The notes beneath the pieces are model-generated. The model worked only from the letters and a program-made list of their open reading frames with translations. It searched no databases and had not been told where the DNA came from. Below are positions 1 through 12,732 of a stretch of DNA of 64,000 bases, piece by piece. The position numbers and the translations under genes are program-made. Source of the stretch: Octopus sinensis (taxonomy: Eukaryota); contig NC_043005.1 in the NCBI RefSeq assembly GCF_006345805.1, positions 106,330,001 through 106,394,000 on the forward strand, given 5' to 3'. Position 1 is the stretch's first letter, and each line of letters opens with the position of its first letter.

Positions 1-377
1 TATGTGAGTAAGGGTGCAGGCATTAGAACCCTTCTGTTAAAATGTTACCCTTGAGTCCTGACCTGGTTTTTTTTTTTTGGTTTTGGACACAGTGTTTCTG
101 TATCAGATCACGAAATAGCCTTCCGTCTAATTTATAAGGACAGTGTCCAGAAGACAGGTTGCTTCCGATAAGGACAGTTGACCAGCTAAAAGAGACCGAT
201 GTGTCTGACTGATAACTGGTGATAAGAGCAGTGGTTAAACATTAACGTTGCTGCTTGATTACTCCACAGATATCTATTAATAAATTGATTGATGCTACTG
301 ATGCTATTGCATTGGCATACATATGTCTGTGTGTATATATATATATATATATATACACTCATATATATATATATATA

Positions 378-438
<61 letters not shown>

Positions 439-828
439 ATATATATATATATGTATATGTGCATGTGTGTATATGTGTGTGGTGTATATATGCATGCATA
501 TAATTTATTCACACACACACACGTGCAGACACTCACACATATATGTATATATGTATATATGACTGTGAATTAGATATATAGACACTTAGACAGACTATAT
601 AATATATATATATATATATATATACATACAGTGTAACTATCTATATATCTAATTCTAAATTACACACACATACACACATACACACATATATGCACGAGCA
701 CGTGCTGCCCCCACACATACACACACACACACATGTATTCATATATGTATTTACACATGTAAATGTAAGTTAGATAAATAGAGAGATAAACTGCATGTGC
801 ATGCTCGCACGTGCACGTGTGTGTGTGT

Positions 829-1200
829 AGGTGCCTAGCCCAGTGGTAAATAGTCTTAAACTCATGATTGTAAGAACAAGGTTCCAATTCCTGAACTGGT
901 AAGCTGTTGTTGTTGTTGCTAAGCAACAAGACGAGTAAGTGTGATTAGGTGAAGGTCTAGGGCTTAGGGGCGGGAGACCCCAGACCTTGGAAAAAAAAAA
1001 AAATTGGGTCGTCTTGTTGTAGTTGAGGGCTCTTCATTGACGCCTGCCTGTCACCACTGGGAGGTGGCCCTCGAAGTCGCTGGAAATGGAGATCTCCAGG
1101 TCCAAATTCTTGAACAGCAAACTGGTAAGCTTGTAGTGTCTTAGAGCAAGATGGTTCCTTTCACTTTGCCCTAGTGTATACAGTTAGAAATGAGTACCAG
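829..1200 (+). mobile_element. Degenerate tRNA-headed SINE (family D) split by a younger insertion
   Basis: A-box-like cctagcccagtgg and B-box-like ggttccaattcc, then tcttagagcaag...agaaatgagt; matches the reverse complement of 24710-24856. Confidence 0.6.
906..1119 (-). mobile_element. 214-bp retroposed insertion with (AAC)n tail and 12-bp TSD
   Basis: aactggtaagct at 894-905 and 1120-1131; gttgttgttgttg at the left end is the minus-strand tail. Confidence 0.8.
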
Positions 1201-1539
1201 ATGTATGGTGGTGCAGCATTTTCTCCCTGTGGCTGTCATATTGTTGATACTCTGCTGGTCAAGTGAAGGAAGGACGAGAGAGAGAGAGTTTATATCTACT
1301 TGCAACTATAGTCACCTAAAACTAATAGTAAAAGCATGATAGATGCTACCAAGTCATACTACTTTGCGACTAATGGCTATGATTTGGTTTGTTTGTAATA
1401 TGTATGCATGCTGAGTAAAGTGTGATGGATACAAAAAAAGAAATGGTGCACGCAAAAACGTTTCTTAAGTACCTGAAAATTGGTTCTTAAATGCAGAAAA
1501 ACAATAACACTGTGTAGTATGATTTATGTCCCTGGGTAG

Positions 1540-1848
1540 AAAACACCATTCGAGCATGATCGTTACCAGTATCGCCTTACTGGCACCCGCGCCGGTGACA
1601 TGTGTAAAAGAATCGAGCAAGGTCGTTGCCAGTGCCACCTGACTGGCCCTGTGCTGGTGGCACGTAAAAGCACCCACTACACTCTTGGAGTGGTTGGCGT
1701 TAGGAAGGGCATCCAGCTGTAGAAACTCTGCCAGATCAAAATTGAAGCCTGGTGCAGCCATCTAGTTCGCCAGCCCTCAGTCAAATCGTCCAACCCATGC
1801 TAGCATGGAAAGCAGACGTTAAACAATGATGATGATGATGATGATGAT
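1540..1848 (+). mobile_element. SINE-like family B, (GAT)n-tailed
   Basis: aaaagcacccactacactc...ccaacccatgctagcatggaaag...gatgatgat, shared with many copies in the window. Confidence 0.85.
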
Positions 1849-2330
1849 TACCCCTACAAAGTATGAAAAGTAACTAATATTTCCTTCAAACTTTGCTTTT
1901 GTTACATTTATTCAAATCCCCAAGAATCCCTGTCAACAAATGGCTATGATACTCCCCTAAGTAGTTCCACTCATGATCAGAGATGTACATGTTGTCAGCC
2001 AGTAAGGGACATGGTCAAGTGGTTAAGGTCCAAGCAATGGACAAGCAAATCTGTGGTACTGAGAAGAATATTTGCTATAATAATCTTTCTGCTTCATCAA
2101 CTTGACGGTAAATCTGTCTGAAATGGAATGGAAAACAGGTTAGTTTCAAAACATTGATGTCCAGGGGACAAAAGCAAAGTTTGAAGGGAACAGTAGTTAT
2201 TACCTTTGATCTCTAGATAGAAGCAAGTAGGAAGTAATACTTACTGACCAAAGACATAAAAAAAATAAAAACTTCGTTACGGAGTGTAATCTTAATGGTA
2301 ACTGTGGTTGACTTGCAAAAAGAGTTTAAA

Positions 2331-2672
2331 CATCATCATCATCGTCATCTGCTTTCCATGCTAGCATAGGTTGGACGATTTGACTGAGGGCTGGTGAACC
2401 AGATGGCTGCACCAGGCTTCTATCTTGATCTGGCAGAGTTTCTACAGCTGGATGCCCTTCCTAACACCAACCACTCCGTGAGTGTAGTGGGTGCTTTTAT
2501 GTGCCAGTCAGGCGGCACTGGCAACAACCTCGCTCGAATCTTTTACACATGCCACCGGCACAGGTACCAGTAAGGGGATGCTGGTAACGATCACGCTCGA
2601 ATGGTGTCGTTTACCTACCCACCGGCATGGAGGCCAGATAGCCACTCTGGCAACGATTATGCTCGGATGGTG
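2331..2672 (-). mobile_element. SINE-like family B
   Basis: Reverse complement of the 1540-1848 body, with (CAT)n at the left end. Confidence 0.85.
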
Positions 2673-3189
2673 CAACAATTTCTATAAAATTAGGAACTGT
2701 TTTCCTAGAAAATTTTATTTCCATATTTTTAGGGGAAATCTGATCTTTGTTTGCAGGTGAAAGCTACAGGTATGCCTTTTGTTATCTTTTTATCTTTTAT
2801 CCTTTACTTGTTTAAAAAAGTATTACAATTTTTTAAAAAGGTATCACAATTAAAGTTTACTTTTTAGTTATTGAACGAAACATTTAACCTATTTCTACTT
2901 GTAAAAAAGTCTGTTTTAGCAAACCAGACTCAAGAAGATTATACTTCACTAATAAGGTCTAATAAGGCTGAAACATATCTGTAACTGTCATCTTGCCTAT
3001 TTACCAACTTCAGATTTTCATTTCTAAGCATGAAAATTTAATATTTTTGTGAAACCAATAAACAATTATTTGAAGCCATTTCCTCTTTTCCATGAAACCT
3101 GATAACAAGAATCTTACTTCTATTTTCTTCATCTAAGTATGAGGTTAATATTAGTTCAGCCTCTCTCACTACTACTCTTATTATCATTG

Positions 3190-3725
3190 TCACTAACAAC
3201 AACCTCAACAACTACACTCGCTACCATCACAACCACCACCACTACAACTACTGTTATCCTCACTGCCACCACCACCACCACCACCACCACCACTATATGC
3301 AATAATAATACCGCCACTACCACAATCACCAATACCGCTATTAACATCACCACTGGCATCACTACAACCATTTTACCACCGTTACCACCGTTACCACTGC
3401 CACCACTGCCACCACTACCACCATCACCACCACCATCACCACCACCTCTACCACGACCACCACCACCAATACCACCACCACCACACCACCACCACCACCA
3501 CACCACTATATGCAATAATAATACCGCCACTACCACAATCACCAATACCGCTATTAACATCACCACTGGCATCACTACAACCATTTTACCACCGTTACCA
3601 CCGTTACCACTGCCACCACTGCCACCACTACCACCATCACCACCACCATCACCACCACCTCTACCACGACCACCACCACCAATACCACCACCACCACCAC
3701 CACCACCACCACCATATCAACTACC
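3190..3725. repeat. (CAC/ACT)-rich low-complexity tract containing a 213-bp direct duplication
   Basis: tatatgcaataataataccgcc at 3294 and 3507. Confidence 0.85.
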
Positions 3726-3753
3726 ACTCAATTGCAATAATAATCATAGCTAT

Positions 3754-3970
3754 AAGGTGGCGAGCTGGTAGAAACATTAGCACACCAGGCGAAATGCTTA
3801 GCAGTATTTTGTCTGTCTTTACGTCCTGAGTTCAAATTCCGCTGAGGTCGGCTTTGCCTTTCATCCCTTCTGTGTTGATAAATTAAGCACCAGTTGCATA
3901 CTGAGGTCAATCTAAACAACTGGTCCCTCCCCCAAAATTCGGGCCTTGTACCTAGAGTAGAAAAGAATAA
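3754..3970 (+). mobile_element. SINE family C (tRNA-like head; central part resembles the Meta/MESC SINE domain)
   Basis: ggtggcgagctggtagaa...gagttcaaattcc...ctttgcctttcatcc; multi-copy; the domain name is from recall, not alignment. Confidence 0.8.
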
Positions 3971-3981
3971 GAATCATAGCC

Positions 3982-4178
3982 TGGCTGTGTGGTAAGAAGC
4001 TTGCTTCCCAACCACATGGTTCCGGGTTCAGTCCTACTGCATGGCACCTTGGGCAAGTGTCTTCTGCTATGGCTTCGGGCCGACCAAAGCCTTGTGAGTG
4101 GATTTGGTAGATGGAAACTGAAAGAAGCCCGTCGTATACATGTATATATGTGTGAGTGTGTGTGTGTGTATGTGTGTA

Positions 4179-4216
<38 letters not shown>

Positions 4217-4456
4217 GTGTGTGTGTGTGTGTGGTGTGTATGTTTGTGTGTCTGTGTATGTCACCCCAACATTGCTTGACAACTGATGCTGGTGTGTCTA
4301 CGTCCCCATAACTTAGCAGTTCGGCAAAAAGAGACCAATAGAATAAGTACTAGGCTTACAAAGAATAAGTCCTGGGGTCGATTTTATTCGACTAAAGTTG
4401 GTGCTCCAGCATGACCGCAGTCAAATGACTGAAACCAGTAAAAGAGTAAAAAGAGT
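3982..4456 (+). mobile_element. SINE family A with internal (TG/TA)n tract and (GTAAAAGA)n tail
   Basis: tggctgtgtggtaag...ggttcagtcc...ccttgggcaagt...cagtcaaatgactgaaac; more than 10 copies in the window. Confidence 0.9.
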
Positions 4457-4805
4457 ATAGCAACAATGCATACCATCAAACAACCACTATATTAACAGCA
4501 ACTGCTACCACAACTCTCACATGACTACCAACAACAACAACAATCACTATAGCAACGACATACACCTCCACCACCACCACCACCACCAAAATAACAATAT
4601 ATATTATCAACCAATGTACCACAACTACTATACCCAATAGTAACAGCTGTAACTAGCGCTACCAACTATAACCACAACTGCAGCGGTCATACAGCCACCC
4701 CCAGCTACCACACAACCGTATCCAAACTTACCACCCCAACGCTTCCAACCACTCCACAATAACCGCACAACTACAACCAACACACACCACTGAAGGCAAT
4801 ATCAA

Positions 4806-4807
4806 CA

Positions 4808-4862
<55 letters not shown>

Positions 4863-4985
4863 TTACTACAAATACTACTACTACAAATACTACTACTACT
4901 ACTATTACTACTACTACTACTACTAATACTATTACTACAAATACTACTACTACAAATACTACTACTACTACTATTACTATTACTA

Positions 4986-5021
<36 letters not shown>

Positions 5022-5040
5022 AAATACTACAAATACTACT
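4806..5040. repeat. (CTA)n microsatellite with caaat interruptions
   Basis: Direct reading. Confidence 0.95.
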
Positions 5041-5635
5041 ATTGCTGTCAGCACAAGCACTATAAACATTCCACCACTTCCAACAACAACAACAACAAAA
5101 AGCACTACTACTACTACTACATCACAACAACACCACTGCCATCGTCCCCCAACAACCATACAACCACCTCCAACAGCCACCCATACCGCAGTAACAATCT
5201 TTAGATTTGATTAAGCTTTTGAAGTTCACTGAAAATGTTGAATGGATTGAAATTAAAGAAAATCTTAGCACTACGATGATGAGTGGGGGTGGGAGGAAGA
5301 GGAGGGGCGGAGGGAGGGGAGAGGGTGTGCGCGGGTGGGGGGAATGGAGTATGTGGGTAGGTGTGTGTGTGTGTGGTGGTGGTGAGGGGGTGAGAGATAC
5401 TGTTCTGAGTATTAGTTGTGGGTATGTGTATATGTACATGCATATGTATATGTGCGTGCGTGTATATATGGATGTGTGCTTGTTATATATGTGTATAACT
5501 TAATATATGTAGATATGCATATGTGCATGGTGTAATGAGAGTGTGTGTATGTGTATATGTGATGCATGTGTATCAGTATATGCATATGAGTGTGTGTGTA
5601 TGTTTATGTATATTTGTATACATACATTAACATAT

Positions 5636-5666
<31 letters not shown>

Positions 5667-5692
5667 ATATATATATAATATATATATATTTG

Positions 5693-5726
<34 letters not shown>

Positions 5727-5861
5727 TGCACATATATGTACATGTGTGTGTGTATATATATAATTGTATATATATATATGTATATATATATATAATATAT
5801 GTATATCTATAATATATATATATATATATATAGTATATTATATATATATAATATATATATA

Positions 5862-7164
5862 TTTCAACAATTGAGGGTAAAATTAATTAATTATTAATCA
5901 ATTTCACCAAGTATTCAGTATGTAAAGGGACCATTTAAGGCGAATTCAAATTATTACATTATATAAAAGGGCTTAGTAAAATAAATTACTTTGCCACATA
6001 CTGAACTCATTAGAATAGTAGCTAAAAAAACCTTTTTAAAACTATTTCTAATACTTAAAGAAAATCTCTCTCATATAGTGTTTGCTCAATTCAACTCACG
6101 AAAGTATGGGGGTAAAGACATTAAAAAATCAAATGCAAAGGTTATTGAGAACGTACGTTTCAAGATTAGTCAACTCGACATTTCTATCATCAGCTCAGAA
6201 CTCCTTGGTTTGGATTTGAAAACACTGAAAGTGGGAGCATACCCTTCGGCTTCTTATCGCTTCTGAAGATCTGCTCGAAACTAACAGTGCCAGCAAACCC
6301 AAAATATGCAATCGAAGAATTTCTGCTCTCCCCTTTCCACCAGCGTGGGTTAAAATCAGTAAACACTATGCTTTTTCGGTAAAATCTGAAGCATTAAATA
6401 GAGAGAGATGAATTATAATTTCAACAATTGAGGGTAAAATTAATTAATTATTAATCAATTTCACCAAGTATCAGTATGTAAAGGGACCATTTAAGGCGAA
6501 TTCAAATTATTACATTATATAAAAGGGCTTAGTAAAATAAATTACTTTGCCACATACTGAACTCATTAGAAATAGTAGCTTATTTTACTAAGCCCTTTTA
6601 TATAATGTAATAATTTGAATTCGCCTTAAATGGTCCCTTTACATACTGAATACTGGTGAAATTGATTAATAATTAATTAATTTTACCCTCAATTGTTGAA
6701 ATCATAATTCATCTCTCTCTATTTAATGCTTCGGATTTTACCGAAAAAGCATAGTGTTTACTGATTTTAACCCACGCTGGTGGAAAGGGGAGAGCAGAAA
6801 TTCTTCGCTTGCATATTTTGGGTTTGCTGGCACTGTTAGTTTCGAGCAGATCTTCAGAAGCGATAAGAAGCCGAAAGGGTATGCTCCCACTTTCAGTGTT
6901 TTCAAATCCAAACCAAGGAGTTCTGAGCTGATGATAGAAAGTCGAGTTGACTAATCTTGAAAGTACGTTCTCAAATAACCTTTGCATTTGGTTTTTTATG
7001 TCTTTACCCCCATACTTTCATGAGTTGAATTGAGCAAACACTATATGAGAGAGATTTTCTTAAGTATTAGAAATAGTTTTAAAAAAGGTTTTTTTTAGCT
7101 ACTATTTCTAATGAGTTCAGTATGTGGCAAAGTAATTTATTTTACTAAGCCCTTTTATATAATG

Positions 7165-7169
<5 letters not shown>
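5862..7169. mobile_element. (TA)n-embedded fold-back element: 557-bp unit, partial tandem copy, then inverted arm (Penelope-like architecture)
   Basis: atttcaacaattgagggtaa at 5861 and 6418; 5952-6540 is the reverse complement of 6580-7169; (TA)n on both flanks. Confidence 0.7.
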
Positions 7170-7215
<46 letters not shown>

Positions 7216-7662
7216 GATATACATATATATATGTGCACATATATGTACATGCATACATATATATATTACTTTATGCCTACATATTCTTAGGCATGTGGTG
7301 TATGCGTATGCGTGTATATATATATATATGGGCCTGTGTATATGCATATGTATGTTGCGATATACACATTTGTGTATGTTAGGTCTTTGTAAGTGGTTAT
7401 GTACATATTGTGATAGAGGTATGAGTATGCATAAGTATGTATTTGTTGTGATGTGTGTGTTAAGTTAGTGATTGATGATGGGGGTTGTTAGTTACAGGAT
7501 AAGGACGGGTAACGTGATTGGTCAATTTTTTGAATTTGAGTTGGTGATAGGCATGAGGGAGAGTGAATGTTTCTTAGCCACTGGATGGATAGGTTTGTAG
7601 TTTAATAGGAGGACAGTGGAGGAGCAGTTGTGGATTTGACTTGTGGGATCTGTTGCTATAGT

Positions 7663-8224
7663 CACAGGTGTGGCTTTGCGTGGGGTAAGTAGCTTGCTTA
7701 ACAACAACATTGTTCCGGGTTCAGTCCCACTGCATGGCACCTTGGGGAAGTGTCTTCTACTATAGCATCAGGCTGACCAAAGCCTAGTGAGTGTATTTGG
7801 TAGACGGAAACTGAAAGAAGCCCATTGTATATACATATATATATAGTGAGAATTTACAAAAGAAAAAATCAAAAGGTGAAGATGGGTGTGTAAACAAAAA
7901 GCAGATGTATTAGTTAAATTCTTGGGAAGTGAGAAAGTCTTTTACATTTTGAGCCTATGCTCTTCAACAGAAAGGAACACAGAAATAAACAGGGAGAGAA
8001 AAAAATGTGTATGTTATGTGTCTGTGTTTTTCCTCCCACCATCACTTGACAACCAATGTTGGTGTGTTTATGTCCCTGTAACTTAGTGGTTCGGCAAAAG
8101 AGACCAGTAGAATAAGTACTAGGCTTACAAAGAATAAGTTCTGGAGTCGATTTGTTCAACTAAAAGCAGTTCCCCAGCCTGACCACAGTCAAATGACTGA
8201 AACAAAATAAAAGAATAAAAGAAT
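7663..8224 (+). mobile_element. SINE family A carrying an insertion in its internal microsatellite
   Basis: Family A head and tail with about 160 extra bp at 7846-8005. Confidence 0.85.
7846..8005 (-). mobile_element. Fragment of a TA-associated element with a minimal hammerhead-like motif
   Basis: 7935-8003 is the reverse complement of 56839-56907; motif cttt CTGTTGA A GAG catagg CTC AAAA T GTA aaag. Confidence 0.55.
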
Positions 8225-8445
8225 CGGGACCAGTAGTGGGAGTGGACTGCAGGTCAATAATGGTAGAGAGAGGTATTCATTGGTGGATTGTGAGGGATAT
8301 TTAAGCAAGCAGTGGTAGTTGTTGGAGAAGAGGAAGGAGAGTTGGCTGCTGTTGTTGTTTAGCACCATGTTCATCTTGAATTTACAGCCCCAGGATCAAC
8401 AGTGCTCCAACTGTGGTCACCCTTCAATATTATCTGATCCATCCG

Positions 8446-8660
8446 GGTGGTGAGCTGGCAGAATCATTAGCACACTGGACAAAATGCTCAGTTGTATTTC
8501 ACCTCTTTTTATGTTCTGAGTTCAAATTCCACTGAGGTTGACTTTACCTTTCATCCTTTCAGGGTTGATAAAATAAGTACCAGTTGAACACTGGGGTCAA
8601 TGTAATCAACTTTCCCCCTCCCACAAAACTGCTGGCTTAGTGCCAAAATTTGAAATCAAT
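8446..8660 (+). mobile_element. SINE family C
   Basis: ggtggtgagctggcagaa...gagttcaaattcc...ctttcatcctttc. Confidence 0.8.
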
Positions 8661-8671
8661 ATTATTTAAAG

Positions 8672-8926
8672 CAGGGGTTCTCAACCATTTTTTGTCTATG
8701 GCACCCTTTTGATTACTACGTTATTCTGGTGGACCTCCAAAGCCATTCAATGTTTAAAAACTAGTCTTATAGAAACCTCTTTCAAATACATTCATCTAAA
8801 GCAAAATTTTTTTTCATTTACCCTTTAAATACTACTGTGGACCCAATCTACTCTTCTGCTGCATGGACCCCCAAAAATCTTATACAGGCCATCAGGGGCC
8901 ATATGGACCATACTCAAGAACCACTG
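8672..8926. mobile_element. hAT (Charlie-like) MITE
   Basis: Termini caggggttctcaa / caagaaccactg; 8-bp flanks atttaaag and atctacag match at 6 of 8 positions. Confidence 0.7.
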
Positions 8927-9599
8927 ATCTACAGCATCTCTTTTTCATTTTTAAGCAAATAGAGTAACAACATAGAGATCCTCTTGGTGGAGAGGTGGTC
9001 AATGCTGGAGGAATGCCAGATCATCAGTAGCAGTGGTCAGCAAAGCAGGAACAGTAAAGGTGACCAATGGTGGTAGTGTGTTGGAATTAGAGATTAGTGG
9101 GTAGGGTGTTGTTGAAAGAGAAGAGTTGGTACATGGTCAGACAAGGATAAAATTATAGGGAGGGGTGTGGGGGAGGAGAAGGAAAAGAATATGATGATAA
9201 AATGCAAAGAAAGAGTAAGAATATAATGGATTAGAAACTAACATTGAAAGATGGAAACATAGACATAAAGAAAATCAGTGAGAGAGAGAGAAATAAAGCT
9301 TTATGTGTGTGTGTATGTGTGGTGTGTGTGTGTGTGTGTGTGTACATATCAAAGTTCTCAAATGAACTACAACATTCTTATATATAAGAATGACAAACCT
9401 CCCCAATGAACAGATTGTCAGATGTACGCATATGTATGTGTGTATATATATATGTGTGTATATATATGTATATATGTGTGTGTATATCTATATATGTGTG
9501 TATATCTATATATGTGTATATATATACATATATGTGCATATATATGTGCGTGTGTGTGTGTGTTTATATATGCGTATATATGTGTGTGTGTGTGTGTAT

Positions 9600-10179
9600 T
9601 AATAATATCAAAGGGTAATAGGAAATATTAGAAATTTCCATTACCAGTGGCCTAGCATGTAAAAATTTAGTCAATAGATTATATATTATTCATTTAAATA
9701 CAGTGTACATTTAAACACATAAGAGGCATCCATTATAGGACTCCTTGCACGCTAGAGAGAACAGTTAAATTCCAAACCACTATTAGGGATAAAATTTCAA
9801 ACGGAATGAGAAATAAAAACATTTACCATCTAACTCCTGGACCAATGGTTTCAGACTTTTTTTTTAGCAAATAAAATAATTTGCTAGGTGAAGTCTTCTT
9901 CAGCAGGTACACCTTAGATTAAATATATATACACGAGGCAATCCAGTATATGCCCCGTACTTATACATTCTAATTTTTCAAATCTACCATGTAAGCGTAG
10001 CTCCTAGCAAATTATTTTATTTGCTAAAGAAAAAAAGTCTGAAACAATTGGTCCAAGAGTTAGATGGTAAATGTATTTATTTTCCATTCCCTTCGAAATT
10101 TTATCCCTAATAGTGGTTTGGAATTTAACTGTTCTCTCTAGCATGCAAGGAGTCCTGTGATGGATGTTTCTTATGTGTT
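9600..10179. mobile_element. Microsatellite-adjacent element with inverted arms 9714-9888 and 10003-10179
   Basis: Arms are reverse complements around a 114-nt spacer; homologous to 26948-27230. Confidence 0.7.
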
Positions 10180-10511
10180 CCGGGTTCAGTCCCACTTTGT
10201 GGCACCTTAGACAAATATCTTTTACTATAGCCTCAAGTCGACCAATGCCTTGTGAGTGGATTTGGTAGATGGAAACTGAAAGAAGCCCATTGTATATATG
10301 TATATGTGTGTTTGTATTCTGTGTTTGTCCCCCCAACATCGCTTGACAACCGATGCTGGTGCGTTTACGTACCCGTAACTTAGTGGTTTGGCAAAAGAGA
10401 CCGATAGAATAAGTTCTAGGCTTACAAAAAATAAGTCCTGGGGTGATTTGCTCGACTAAAGGCGCTGCTCCAGCATGGCTACAGTCAAATGACTGAAACA
10501 AGTAAAAGAGT
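10177..10511 (+). mobile_element. 5'-truncated SINE family A
   Basis: Starts at gttccgggttcagtccc and ends with the family A tail. Confidence 0.85.
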
Positions 10512-11109
10512 ATAAACTAACTTTGATATTCTTTTTTTAAGCTGAGGGGGTTGAAACAAAGAGATATGCAATGCTTTATTGACAGGCACAATGCATCACC
10601 TAGGAATTGAACTCATAATACAATGATCATAAACCTAAGACCATTACCATTAGGTTATATGCCTTCTGCCATCAGTACACACACACACACAAACACACCC
10701 ACACGCAGGTTCATCCACTCACATACATCCACACATACATACACACATAAACAAACACACATCCACGCACATATATCAACACATACTCACACTCACACAT
10801 ATACACACAGAGTTCTGAGATTATTCTTTGTTGCCATTCTAAGTTTTGAGAACTCTCGTTGATCCTAGCAGAGTTCTCATCACTATAATTATTAATTACA
10901 CTCTGCAGTCTATTCAATACTTTTCCCTCTTATATGTAAATTCAAAAGATACATGTACAAAACACACATACATACAAACACACTTACACACACAGACACA
11001 CACACTTACACACACAGACACATGTGCGTGTGGGCACAGCAACACACACAAACACTTGTATTAATGTGTGTGTGTGTGTAAGTGAGCATGTGTTCTTATC
11101 TGTGTTTAT

Positions 11110-11182
11110 GTGTGTATATATATATATATATATATGTATATTTATATATATATGTACATACATATATATATATATCAATATG

Positions 11183-11219
<37 letters not shown>

Positions 11220-11335
11220 GCATACATACATATATACACATACATGCATATATATATGTATGTATGTACACTCTTATCATTTTCTACGAATGATATATAT
11301 GTATATATATATATATATATCATACATATATATAT

Positions 11336-11368
<33 letters not shown>

Positions 11369-11426
11369 ATATATATATATATATAATATATATATATATA
11401 CATATATATATACACACACACACATA

Positions 11427-11465
<39 letters not shown>

Positions 11466-11541
11466 TGTATGTGTGTACATATATTCACAACTACATATGG
11501 AAATATATTTCTATCTATCTACCTATCAATCTTTCTATCTT

Positions 11542-11592
<51 letters not shown>

Positions 11593-12009
11593 TCATTAAT
11601 GTATCTGTACTCTATCTATGCACAATGAGTAAATAAAGAAATGAGAAATTGTATGGGTCATTATAATGAGATGGAATTTTAACAAAAGAAATCCTTACAC
11701 TTAAATAACATATGGACAGTCATCATCTGTGAATAGTGTTATATTATTTTTGAGTCTATATATGTAGTTGTGCACGTTTATGTGTGTTTATGTATGTTTC
11801 CTTCCTCTCTCTCTTTCTCCTCTCCTCACTCTCTCCCTTTCTCTCTCTAAATGTATATGCATATGTATAGATAAATATATATATATATATGTGTATATAT
11901 ATATATGCATATATATATATATATATGTATATTTATAAATACATACATGCATATATACGCACGTACTTATTTATAACATGTATCTATCTATCTATCTATC
12001 TATACATAT

Positions 12010-12041
<32 letters not shown>

Positions 12042-12210
12042 GCATGAATATACTCAAGTAAGCTGATATTGATGCATGTTGCATATGTTTGTGTATAAAC
12101 AAGGAAATAATTATATTACATACATATATACATAGTATATGTGTATATATGAATGTGTCTGTGTGTGTAATACATATACATATCTACATACATACATGCA
12201 TATGTATGTT

Positions 12211-12261
<51 letters not shown>

Positions 12262-12333
12262 GTGTGTATATATATTATATATATGTATATTTATATATAT
12301 ATGTACATACATATATATATATATATCAATATG

Positions 12334-12368
<35 letters not shown>

Positions 12369-12533
12369 GCATACATACATATATACACATACATGCATAT
12401 ATATATGTATGTATGTATGTACACTCTTATCATTTTCTACGAATGATATATATGTATATATATATATATATATCATACATATATATATACACGCATATAT
12501 ATATATATATATATATATCATACATATATATAT

Positions 12534-12617
<84 letters not shown>

Positions 12618-12699
12618 TGTATGTGTGTACATATATTCACAACTACATATGGAAATATATTTCTATCTATCTACCTATCAATCTTTCTATCTTTCTCTG

Positions 12700-12732
<33 letters not shown>

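Noticed and set aside
3139-3771. 210-aa Thr/Pro-rich ORF with a hydrophobic start (mucin- or extensin-like)
   Set aside because: It is a CAC/ACT low-complexity tract with an exact 213-bp duplication, is also open on the other strand, and runs into a SINE
6263-6290. CTGAAGA...CGAAAC hammerhead-like motif
   Set aside because: Stem II does not pair, the triplet would be GUG, and there is no stem I
5991-6987. ORFs of 66-92 aa inside the fold-back element as a possible GIY-YIG or RT
   Set aside because: No recognisable motif, and reading frames are not preserved between the two arms
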